Below are positions 37,025 to 45,438 of a DNA stretch of 64,000 nt, one piece after another. The DNA lies in assembly GCA_031364845.1 (NCBI GenBank), contig JANLWX010000075.1, positions 1-64,000 of the forward strand. Direction: 5' to 3'. This stretch comes from Candidatus Eiseniibacteriota bacterium. Lineage in GTDB: Bacteria; Eisenbacteria; RBG-16-71-46. Numbering within the stretch: the first letter of the stretch is position 1; each line of letters opens with the position of its first letter. Position numbers and translations under genes: made by a program. A model generated the notes under the pieces. That model saw nothing but the letters and a program-made list of their open reading frames with translations, was not told where the DNA came from and did not search any database.

Positions 37025-39274
37025 TCACCTCCGCAGGAGAACGGTCCGCTCAGTCCGCACGCCGTCGGAATGGTCAAGCCGCACGAAGTAGACGCCAGCG
37101 GCCACTGCGCGGCCCCGGTCATCGCGACCGTCCCACGTCATCACGCGCGCGCCCTCCGCCATGAAGCGCGACGCAAGCACACGCACGCGCGCTCCGGTGA
37201 GGTCGAATACCGCGAGCGTCGCCGCCCCGGCGCGCGGCAACGAAAAGCGGAACGTCGTTGTCCCGCCCCGCGCGGGGTTGGGCGCAACCGCCAAAGACAG
37301 CTTCAGACCAGGCTCTGAGGCCGGCACCGCGGTCGGTGGCCGCCGATACCCGGTGAACGCGGCGACGCCGTTGTCACTGCCTGCATAGAGGGTAGCCGTG
37401 CCGGCGTCGACCGCGAGCGATCGGATCGTCCGATCGACCAGGCCCAGCTGGCCGCCCACCGAGAACCACGATGCGCCATCATCGAAACTCTCGAACACCC
37501 CGGCGCCACTAACTCCGCAGAACACGACGCCCGGGTGGTTTTCGTCCCGCGCCAGCGCTCGAACCGGTCGCGCCGTCGGGAGTCCGGAATTCGACGCAAC
37601 CCACAACGTGCCGCCATTGGCGGTCCGGTAGACTCCTGAATCGGTGGCAGCGAAGACGACACCCGGTGTTGCATCAGCGAGCAGCGCGTAGACAAATGGG
37701 GCCGGCAGGCCGGCGCTTTTCGAGATCCAGTTGAGGCCTCCGTCCACGGAACGGTATACACCGAACACGTCACTACCCGCGTACAACGTCGGTACCGCAC
37801 CCGGTACGAGTGTGAGGGATCGCGTGCTGAAACTCGCCGGGAGTCCCGATGACCGCGAAATCCACGTGGCGCCTGCGTTGATCGTTTCGAACACTCCGTT
37901 GCCCGTGCCCACGAACAATCTGCCGCTGGTGGACGGTACCGCCACGATGTCGCGCACGAAGCGATTCGTGAGCGTCGACCCGACATCGGGATTGGTCCAG
38001 GTCGCGCCGTCGTCATCGCTGCGATAGATGCCCGACCCGTAACTGGTGAGAAAAACCCGGGAGGGCAGCAGCGGGTCCACGGCAATACCGTGCTCGGAGT
38101 CATGGGGCGTAAGGGCTGTGGCGCGTGTCCAGGACACACCGGTGTCGGTGCTGCGCCAGAACTGGTCGCCGAAACCTGAGCCCTCGTAGACCGCATGGGT
38201 GGAAGGCCGCACGGCGAGCGAGAACGCAAAAGTGCTGAGCATTCCGCCATCGAGCTGAGTCCATGAACCGCCGGCATTGTCGGTGCGGAACACGCCGCCG
38301 CCATCGGTTCCAGCCCATGCAGTGAACGGCGCGACGGGCCGAGCGAACAGGGCGTCGACTCGGTTCTGGGTGAGCCCGGTGTTGACAAGATGCCACGTGC
38401 TGTCGTTGAGCGAGCTGACATACGCCCCACCATTGTCGGTGCCCGCGTACCGCATCGTATCGACCACGGCGATGCTGCGCATCCGCAGCGTGGAGAGTCC
38501 GCGATTGATGCGCGCCCACGAGAGCCCGCCATCCGTGCTCCTGATCACGCCGCGATCCAACTCCGCCACGTAGATGCGCTGTGGATTCTGCCGGTCGAAC
38601 TGGATCTGCTCCGCGGCACCCTGGTTTGCAGTCGTGTCGGCCACCTGGAGCCAGGTCAATCCGCCCGTCGTACTGCGGTGGATCCCGCCGCCGGTGCCGG
38701 TCGCGGCCAGCAAGGTTTCGGGCTTCTGCGGATGGAATACGATGTCGCGAACATTGATGTTCACGAGCCCGAGATTCACCTGGCTCCAGTTGCTGCCGCC
38801 ATTGATCGAACGGTAGATCCCACCGCCGTAGGTCCCGGCCAGCACGTTGCCGGTCTTGATGGGATGGATCGCGATAGCCCGCACCGAACTCGCGGTGGAC
38901 AGCAGCCTGTTCCAGTTCACGCCGCCATCCGTGCTCAAGAACACGCCGTCATTCGTGCCGCAATAGACCGAATCAGGATGTTTGGGTTCAACTGCCAGGC
39001 AGCGGACAAAAGTATTGACGAGCCCGGCCCGGTGATCGGTCCAGGTCGCTCCGCCATCGGTGCTCCGATACACGCCGGATCCGAAGGATGCAGCCCACAT
39101 GCGAGTTGGGTTCTGCGGATCGGCCGCGATTGCCTCGACGCTCTTGGCTCGTGGCCCATTGCCCGTCCAAATTCCAATTCCCGCGTGGACCTCGCGGGGT
39201 GAGCCCGACATGACCGCGAACAAGGCAACCGATAGTGGAACGAACGCGATCGAGCGGTGCGTCATGACCTTCAT
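37025..39274 (-). CDS. BNR/Asp-box beta-propeller protein with FlgD/T9SS-like C-terminal domain
   Basis: Many S.DGG.TW repeats; signal peptide; PNP...FDLTGARVR...WDGRD...GVYF tail; AGGAG RBS. Confidence 0.85.
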   Translation of the reverse strand: MKVMTHRSIAFVPLSVALFAVMSGSPREVHAGIGIWTGNGPRAKSVEAIAADPQNPTRMWAASFGSGVYRSTDGGATWTDHRAGLVNTFVRCLAVEPKHPDSVYCGTNDGVFLSTDGGVNWNRLLSTASSVRAIAIHPIKTGNVLAGTYGGGIYRSINGGSNWSQVNLGLVNINVRDIVFHPQKPETLLAATGTGGGIHRSTTGGLTWLQVADTTANQGAAEQIQFDRQNPQRIYVAELDRGVIRSTDGGLSWARINRGLSTLRMRSIAVVDTMRYAGTDNGGAYVSSLNDSTWHLVNTGLTQNRVDALFARPVAPFTAWAGTDGGGVFRTDNAGGSWTQLDGGMLSTFAFSLAVRPSTHAVYEGSGFGDQFWRSTDTGVSWTRATALTPHDSEHGIAVDPLLPSRVFLTSYGSGIYRSDDDGATWTNPDVGSTLTNRFVRDIVAVPSTSGRLFVGTGNGVFETINAGATWISRSSGLPASFSTRSLTLVPGAVPTLYAGSDVFGVYRSVDGGLNWISKSAGLPAPFVYALLADATPGVVFAATDSGVYRTANGGTLWVASNSGLPTARPVRALARDENHPGVVFCGVSGAGVFESFDDGASWFSVGGQLGLVDRTIRSLAVDAGTATLYAGSDNGVAAFTGYRRPPTAVPASEPGLKLSLAVAPNPARGGTTTFRFSLPRAGAATLAVFDLTGARVRVLASRFMAEGARVMTWDGRDDRGRAVAAGVYFVRLDHSDGVRTERTVLLRR

Positions 39275-39465
39275 GTGCTCTCCTGTGGATACGGCGCGCG
39301 ATGTCGATGGGGGAGCGGCCGTCTCCACACCGAAAGCATTGAAAGTGCTCCCCCGCATGTGATCATTCGCGTCCAGGCGGGGTTCGGCGGCCATCTGTGC
39401 CGATTTTGACCGGACGACGGCGTGCCCAAGTTTCCGGTCGAGCCTACCATTAATGAGCCTGCGCT

Positions 39466-39484
39466 TTGCGACCATTGTTCGCAA
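39466..39484. promoter_or_regulatory. Candidate operator palindrome upstream of the island operon
   Basis: TTGCGA-N7-TCGCAA. Confidence 0.35.
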
Positions 39485-39640
39485 GAATGTGGTCTCACGT
39501 TCTCGGCAACTGCCGCACGATGGATAGGAACTCTTCTTCGAGCTGGCAGTGGGTCCCGCATGAAGGTCGCGATTGCTCATATTGTTCGACACGGTTGAGA
39601 AAGGGTTTACGCCGCTACGCGCTCCGTAGGGGCGAACGCC

Positions 39641-42600
39641 TCATCGTCCCCACGACTCCACCGGATCCACCTCGCTCGCGAACGCAGGGTGTTCTCCGGC
39701 CGCCACCCGCGGCACCACACGTTCCACGCTCAGCGTGATCGCGCCCAGCGTGTCGTCGACCCGGCCTTCCATGCTCAGCACTTCGCCGCGCACGGCGTCG
39801 GCTAAGCGGCGGTAGGCGTCGGGGAACAGGACGCACTCGGCGATCCCGCTGCGGTCGGCGATCGAGACGAACAGCATCAGTCCGCCGCTTTTGGTCTCGA
39901 TCCGCCGATAGGCGCACGGCAGTCCGGTCACGGTGACGCGGCGTCCGACGTGGCGTTCGATCTCCGCGGCCGGTGTCGCGCCGTGGCGCGCATCGGGGCC
40001 GAGCCATACGTCGAGCGGATGCGCGCTGAACCACAGCCCGGTCGCGCAGCATTCGCCGCGCACACGCTCGGCGAGGTCGAACTCGGGCAGTTCGGCGATC
40101 GCGACCGGCGTCACGGGCTCCGGCATGACCGCGGCCCCGCTCAGCGCGAGCAACTCCGGCGCGCGCTCCGCGGCGTGTCGCGCGGTGCGTCGTGACGAGA
40201 GACGCCCCGCGCGCTCGCGCGGCCGCCCGTGTAATCCGCCCGCGAGTGCGGCGGCACCCGGCGTTGCCGCGAGCACGCGCGCTTCGAGCAGCAGCGCCGG
40301 CCGCGTGCGCCCGGCGCGGTCGAGCGCGCCTGCGAGGATCAGCGCTTCGAGTTCGGGCAGCGTCGGCCGCGCGCGCTCGGCGAAGTCGGCGAGGCTCGTC
40401 CATGCGCGCCTTCCGCGCTCCGCGACGATGCGCTCCGCGGTCGAACGCGCGAGTCCGAACACGCGCGACAGCCCGACCCGCACCGTGCCGGTTTCCCACG
40501 CGGCTTCCCACACCGAGCGCCACACGCACGGCGCGCGGAACTCGACGCCTTTGCGGCGCAGGTCCTCGACGTGCACCCAGGTCGCGTACATGCCGGCGTG
40601 ATGGTTGAGCACGCCGACCGCCCACTCGGCGGGGAAGTGCGTCTTGAGATACACGCTCTGCCAGCCGAGCGTGCCGTAGCCGGCGGCGTGCGCCTTGCAA
40701 AATGCGTACGCCGCGAAGCGCGTGAGGTCGCGCCACACCGTGCGCGCCGCCTCGACCGTGACGCCGCGCGCGCGGGCGTGCCCGACGAATCCGCGCTCGA
40801 GCGAGCGGAACTCGTCCTCGGTCTTCGCGCGCCCGATCGCGCGGCGCAGATCGTCGCCTTCGGCGAGCGTCAGCCCGGCGATCGCGGCCGCGACGTGCAG
40901 CACGTCCTCTTCGTAGAGCATCAGCCCGTGCGTCGAGGCGAGCACCGGCGCGAGCGCGGGATGGTGGAATGTCACCGGCTCGAGCCCGCGCTTGCGGCGG
41001 CAGAACGCTTCTTTCAATCCCATTTCGGCGGGCCCGGGACGCACCGCGGCGACCGCGGCGATCGTCTCGTCGAGCGTGTGCGCGTCGAACATGCGCAGCA
41101 GGTGCCGCATCGCGGGCGACTCGAGCTGGAAGCAGTTGAGCGTGTCGCCGGCCGCCATGCGCGCCGAGGTCGCGGGGTCGGGATCGGGAATGCGATCGAC
41201 ATCGATCTCCACGTCGTGGTGCGTGCGCGCGAGCGATACGCACTCGGCGATCGTGCTCAGCGCGCGATTGCCGAGCAGGTCCATCTTCACGAGCCCGATC
41301 GCCTCGATCGCGCGCATCTCGAATTGCGTGACGACCACGCCCTTGGCCGCGGGTTCGAGCGGCACGTACCAGGTGAGCGGCCGGTCGGCGATCACGACCC
41401 CGCCGCTGTGGACCGACAGATGCCGCGGCGCGCCTTCCAGCTGCTCGGCGAGTACGAGCGCGCGCGACAACGCGGGCTCGCTCCAGTCGATGAAGCGCGC
41501 ATCGGGCAGGCGTTCGAGGTGCGCGCGATAAGGCCGCTCGAGCGCATGCGGCACGCGGCGCGCGAGCTGGTTCACGCGCGCGTTCGGAATGCCGAGCGCC
41601 TTCGCCGTCTCGCGGAACGCCGAGCGCGCGCCGAGTGTCGCGTGGGTCGAGATCATCGCGACGCGATCGTGGCCGTAGGTGTCGTAGACGTGGGCGATCA
41701 CCTCGTCGCGCCGCTGCCAGCACAGGTCGATGTCGAGATCCGGGCAGTCGGTGCGGCCGGGATTGAGGAAGCGCTCGAACGTGAGCCCGTAGCGCAGCGG
41801 ATCCACGTTCGTGATGCCGAGCACGTACGCCACGATCGAGCTGGCGCCGGAGCCGCGGCCCACCGACGGGATCCCGCGCGCGCGGGCGAACTCGACGATC
41901 TCGGCGACCAGCAGGAAGTAGCTCGTGAATCCGAGGCGCTCGATCATCGCGAGTTCGTCATGCAGTCGGGCAAGGGCCGCGCGCGAACGCCGGCCGTAGC
42001 GCCGCTCGACGCCGGCTTCGCCGAGCCGCGCGAGCCACTGCGGACCGGATTCGCCGTCGGGCACCGGCGCGAGCGGGAAGATCGGCGTGCCGAGGTCCAG
42101 ATGGAGCTGCAGCCGCTCGGCGAGCGCGCGGTTCGCGGCGAGCGCGGGGGCCGCCGCTTCCGGCACGCCGGCCGCGGTGCACAGCGCGCGCACGCGGCGC
42201 GCCCACTCGTCGGGCGACGCGAGCCACGCGTCGCGCGCCGCGAACGCGGCGGGCGGCATGCGGTCGAGCAGTTCGCCGTGCGCGGCGGTGACCGCGGCGC
42301 AGTGGGCGTCGTGCTCGGACGGGGCGAGCATCACGACATCGCCGGTCGCGACCAGCGCCACGCCGAGCTGCCGTGCCGCCGCCACGCGCGCAGCGAGCCG
42401 GGTGCGTTCGGAAGCAATGCCGCGCACGCCGAGCGACACGCGCGCGGCGGGCACACCGGCCGCGAGCAGTGCCGCGGCCAGCGCCGGCTCCTCGACGATG
42501 ATCTCGAGTCCGTCGCAATGTGCGGCCAGCGTCGCCGCGAGATCGAAGCGCTGGTCGAGATGCCGCGCGCTGATCGCGGCACACAGCGTGGCGAAGCCCG

Positions 42601-42847
42601 CGCGCGTGGCCGCGAGCAATAGCGCCTCGCTGCGCCCATCGCTGAGTGTGGCGCCCAGCAGAGGACGCAGACCGTCGGCCCGCGCGCGCTGCCAGAAGCG
42701 GATCGCAAGGTAAAGGTTGTCGCGATCGGTGAGTGCCAGCGAATCGTGTCCGAGTTCCAGCGCGCGTTCGATTAGCGCTTCGGGCGACGCGGTCCCGTAC
42801 AGCAGCGAACCGTGGGAGCGGACGCGCAGCGGCGTGAAGCCGCTCAT
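39641..42847 (-). CDS. dnaE2: DNA polymerase III alpha subunit, SOS/error-prone (DnaE2-like)
   Basis: PHP domain, GRGSGASS, FERFL...PDLDID, HSGG, KMDLLG, FCKAHAA and OB fold; co-operonic with dinB. Confidence 0.88.
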   Translation of the reverse strand: MSGFTPLRVRSHGSLLYGTASPEALIERALELGHDSLALTDRDNLYLAIRFWQRARADGLRPLLGATLSDGRSEALLLAATRAGFATLCAAISARHLDQRFDLAATLAAHCDGLEIIVEEPALAAALLAAGVPAARVSLGVRGIASERTRLAARVAAARQLGVALVATGDVVMLAPSEHDAHCAAVTAAHGELLDRMPPAAFAARDAWLASPDEWARRVRALCTAAGVPEAAAPALAANRALAERLQLHLDLGTPIFPLAPVPDGESGPQWLARLGEAGVERRYGRRSRAALARLHDELAMIERLGFTSYFLLVAEIVEFARARGIPSVGRGSGASSIVAYVLGITNVDPLRYGLTFERFLNPGRTDCPDLDIDLCWQRRDEVIAHVYDTYGHDRVAMISTHATLGARSAFRETAKALGIPNARVNQLARRVPHALERPYRAHLERLPDARFIDWSEPALSRALVLAEQLEGAPRHLSVHSGGVVIADRPLTWYVPLEPAAKGVVVTQFEMRAIEAIGLVKMDLLGNRALSTIAECVSLARTHHDVEIDVDRIPDPDPATSARMAAGDTLNCFQLESPAMRHLLRMFDAHTLDETIAAVAAVRPGPAEMGLKEAFCRRKRGLEPVTFHHPALAPVLASTHGLMLYEEDVLHVAAAIAGLTLAEGDDLRRAIGRAKTEDEFRSLERGFVGHARARGVTVEAARTVWRDLTRFAAYAFCKAHAAGYGTLGWQSVYLKTHFPAEWAVGVLNHHAGMYATWVHVEDLRRKGVEFRAPCVWRSVWEAAWETGTVRVGLSRVFGLARSTAERIVAERGRRAWTSLADFAERARPTLPELEALILAGALDRAGRTRPALLLEARVLAATPGAAALAGGLHGRPRERAGRLSSRRTARHAAERAPELLALSGAAVMPEPVTPVAIAELPEFDLAERVRGECCATGLWFSAHPLDVWLGPDARHGATPAAEIERHVGRRVTVTGLPCAYRRIETKSGGLMLFVSIADRSGIAECVLFPDAYRRLADAVRGEVLSMEGRVDDTLGAITLSVERVVPRVAAGEHPAFASEVDPVESWGR
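39665..39733 (-). repeat. Direct repeat copy B, within the current dnaE2 3' end
   Basis: Encodes LSVERVVPRVAAGEHPAFASEVD; 58/69 identical to 31374-31442. Confidence 0.9.
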
Positions 42848-42863
42848 CGCGCGCCCGCGAGGA

Positions 42864-43535
42864 TCAGCCGGGCGGTGCGGGTCCGAACTCGGGCATCGTG
42901 CGGCCGCCTTCCACGCGCAGGCGCGTGACTGGCAACTCGCCGCGGCGGAAGTGCTCCGCCGTCACGACGCGGCGCAGGATGCGCTCGCCCCACGCGCGCT
43001 CCTCGCCCGACAGCACGCGCGACGTGCTCGTGAAGCGGAAGTTGCACACCGCCAGATCGGCGTCTTCCATCCATGCGAGCACCAGCCAGTGCGCGTCGTC
43101 GTCGCCCGGCAGTCGCAGCCAGAAGCCCGCGATGTCGTAGTCGCCGACGTGCTCGACCCAGCGCTTCACCACGTGCTCGTCGCCGAAGCCCATCAACTGC
43201 TCGATCGCGAACGACGCCGGCGTGCCGATGTTGAAGCGCCCGCGCACGAGTGCGGTGCTCGGTTGCACCGGCATCGGCGGATCGAATACCGGCGGCTCGG
43301 CGAGCAGGAAGCACAGCGCTTCGGCCCGATGACGCGGAGCGATCTCGGGGACCTGGCGCGAGGAGGCATCGAGCATCACGAACGCCGCCGTCGCGACCAC
43401 GCCGAGCACGACTCCGATCACGACCCACGGCGCCAGCACGCGAATCGTCGATGAACGCGCGGGGCGCTTCGCGGCGGGGTGCGCGGGGCGCCGGAGCGCG
43501 CCCGGGGGCGGGGACAGCGAGATGTGCGGGGCCAT
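42864..43535 (-). CDS. Hypothetical single-pass membrane protein
   Basis: Basic N-terminus; TM WVVIGVVLGVVATAAFVML; globular C-terminal domain; fills the dinB-dnaE2 gap. Confidence 0.72.
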   Translation of the reverse strand: MAPHISLSPPPGALRRPAHPAAKRPARSSTIRVLAPWVVIGVVLGVVATAAFVMLDASSRQVPEIAPRHRAEALCFLLAEPPVFDPPMPVQPSTALVRGRFNIGTPASFAIEQLMGFGDEHVVKRWVEHVGDYDIAGFWLRLPGDDDAHWLVLAWMEDADLAVCNFRFTSTSRVLSGEERAWGERILRRVVTAEHFRRGELPVTRLRVEGGRTMPEFGPAPPG

Positions 43536-43561
43536 TCCCCGGAGTTTTCGGCATCGTTCGG

Positions 43562-44761
43562 CTACTTCGTGAGCGACGGCGTGCGCAGCACGAAGCCGTG
43601 GCGGTCCTCGTCGAGCTTGCCCTGGAGGTTGAGCGCCCGTCCCGAGACCAGCGCGCCGTGCCCGTACGCGGCGCGCACGCCGTCGAACGCGCGGAACAAC
43701 GCCGCGCGCCGCCCGGCTTCGCGCTCGTCGAACAGCGAGCCCTGGCTCGCGCCCGCGCGCTCGAAGTTCGACAGCGTGACGCCGAGCGCATGGAGCGCCA
43801 CGCGGCGCGTGAACTGCCGCGCGAACAGCGCGAGCGCCAGCTCGAGCACGATCGGATCGGTGTCGGACGGGAGCCTGAGCGACCGCGCCTGCTCGGCGCT
43901 CTCGCCGTCGGCATAGCGCAGGCGCACCGCGACCGTGCGCGGCGCCACGCCCAGCTCGCGCGCGGTACGGCACGCTCGGCCCACCAAATACTCGAGCATG
44001 CCGTCCAGCTCCGCGCGATCGGCGGTGTCGCGATGGAACGACGTCTCGCGCGAGATCGTGACCGGGATCTCGCGCTCGGTCACCGGCATCGTGTCGTGGC
44101 CGCGGCAGCGCTCGTACAGCTTCTGCCCGTGCACCCCGAACAGCCGCTCGAGCGCCTCGCACGACAGCGCGCGCAGATCGCCGATCACCTTGAGATTCAT
44201 CGAGCGCAGCGTGCGCGCGTGCGCGTGGCCGACGCCCGCGAGCTGTTCGATCGGGCGCCCGGCGAGGAACGCGTCCGCCTCGTGCGCCTCGATGCACGCG
44301 AGCCCGTCGGGCTTCACGGTCTTGCCGACCAGCTTCGCCAGCATGCGATTGGGCCCGATGCCGCACGTGACCGTGAGCCCGGTCGCCGCGTGGATTTCGT
44401 GCTTCAACGCGCGCGCCGCGGCCGCGAGATCGCCGTGCAGGCGCTCGGTGCCGGTCAGATCGCAGTACGCCTCGTCGAGATAGGTCTCGACCGCCGGTGC
44501 CAGCGCGCGGCAGCTCGCGAAGATCTGCTCGGCGAAGCAGCGATAGATCTGTGCGTGGCCTTCGACGATCACCGCGTCCGGGCAGCGGCGCTTCGCTTCG
44601 CTCAGCGTCATCCCCGCGCGCAGACCGAACGCGCGCGCTTCGTAGGAGCACGAGGCGATCACGCCCGCGCCCACGATCACCGGACGCCCGCGCAGCCGCG
44701 GGTCGCGCTGCTGCTCGATCGAGGCGAAGAACGCGTCGATGTCGACGTGGAGCACGATCAT
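43562..44761 (-). CDS. dinB: DNA polymerase IV (Y family)
   Basis: HVDIDAFFASIE, SYEAR.FG, YLDEAY, RMLAKL..K..KPDG and ISRETSF motifs. Confidence 0.95.
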   Translation of the reverse strand: MIVLHVDIDAFFASIEQQRDPRLRGRPVIVGAGVIASCSYEARAFGLRAGMTLSEAKRRCPDAVIVEGHAQIYRCFAEQIFASCRALAPAVETYLDEAYCDLTGTERLHGDLAAAARALKHEIHAATGLTVTCGIGPNRMLAKLVGKTVKPDGLACIEAHEADAFLAGRPIEQLAGVGHAHARTLRSMNLKVIGDLRALSCEALERLFGVHGQKLYERCRGHDTMPVTEREIPVTISRETSFHRDTADRAELDGMLEYLVGRACRTARELGVAPRTVAVRLRYADGESAEQARSLRLPSDTDPIVLELALALFARQFTRRVALHALGVTLSNFERAGASQGSLFDEREAGRRAALFRAFDGVRAAYGHGALVSGRALNLQGKLDEDRHGFVLRTPSLTK

Positions 44762-44943
44762 CGCGGGTCCGCCCCGGTGGCCCGCGCGCATCCGCGACGC
44801 GGGACCTGGAATTCGTTTCGACGCTCGTCCCCGCGCACCGCGGCGCTTGCCTCCGGCTGCACGGGTGCCATCCGGTTCGTAGCGGAGGAGCAGGACGCAC
44901 CGTGCGTCCCACTTCGCGCCGCGGCGCTCGTGGACGAGCTCAT
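44758..44943 (-). CDS. Small translationally coupled ORF (61 aa), function unknown
   Basis: TGATG overlap with the upstream ORF and ATGA overlap with dinB. Confidence 0.4.
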   Translation of the reverse strand: MSSSTSAAARSGTHGASCSSATNRMAPVQPEASAAVRGDERRNEFQVPRRGCARATGADPR

Positions 44944-45197
44944 CAACCCTCCAACGTGACCGAGTCCAGCCACCACACGAGGTCGGCCCCCGAGAGGCGC
45001 AGCTGATACACATCGCCGCTCGCGACACTGACCGAGAAGCAGAACTGCGCGTGCCGCCCCGCCCGGTCGATCCAGCGCGCGTTGACCCGCGTCACGCGGT
45101 GTTCGCGCGCGCCGCGGCGAAACGCGAGCGGGGTGGCGATCCCGCCCTTGAAGTCGGCGCGAACCGCCACCGCTTCGTCGATGTTTTCCTGTCGCAT
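44943..45197 (-). CDS. DUF6504-like small protein
   Basis: IDEAVAV...PLAF..G.REHRV..V..RW...F.V...G.VYQL......WWL pattern; first gene after the SOS box. Confidence 0.7.
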   Translation of the reverse strand: MRQENIDEAVAVRADFKGGIATPLAFRRGAREHRVTRVNARWIDRAGRHAQFCFSVSVASGDVYQLRLSGADLVWWLDSVTLEG

Positions 45198-45208
45198 GGT
45201 GACGGCGC

Positions 45209-45237
45209 ACGTTACTGCACGCATGTGCAGTGCGCAA
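45209..45237 (-). promoter_or_regulatory. Sigma70 promoter with LexA (SOS) box in the spacer
   Basis: TTGCGC-17-TAACGT; palindrome ACTGCAC-N4-GTGCAGT at 45214-45231 matches the Fibrobacter-type TGCNC-N4-GTGCA. Confidence 0.8.
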
Positions 45238-45438
45238 GCACGATGTCGCGCCGATCGCGTCGCCGGGTGGCTGAACCCGCGGCCTCGGGACGGAAATGCT
45301 GTTTCCGTACGGGTTTCGCGTTGACGGTCCGGGCCTCGGTGTCGCACGCTTGAGCAGTCCGGACCCGCCTGGGGGCGCCCAGGTTCACCCCAAGATGACG
45401 GCCCGTCCGTACCTCAGGGCCGCGGAGATCGACTTCCT

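Larger units (their letters stand above)
31443..39664. mobile_element. Genomic island (no integrase seen) carrying the pgs operon, inserted at the dnaE2 3' end
   Basis: Flanked by the 69-bp imperfect direct repeat; by eye more A/T-ending codons than the flanks. Confidence 0.7.

Noticed and set aside
37025..39274. Recurrent short motifs suggesting a repeat array or CRISPR
   Set aside because: They are protein-level Asp-box repeats. No identical DNA repeats with spacers and no cas genes were seen in the window.
39615..44959. Long alternative-frame and antisense ORFs (e.g. 39615-41723, 40571-42622, 43250-44959)
   Set aside because: Arg/Ala-rich shadow ORFs expected at high GC; they overlap well-supported genes.
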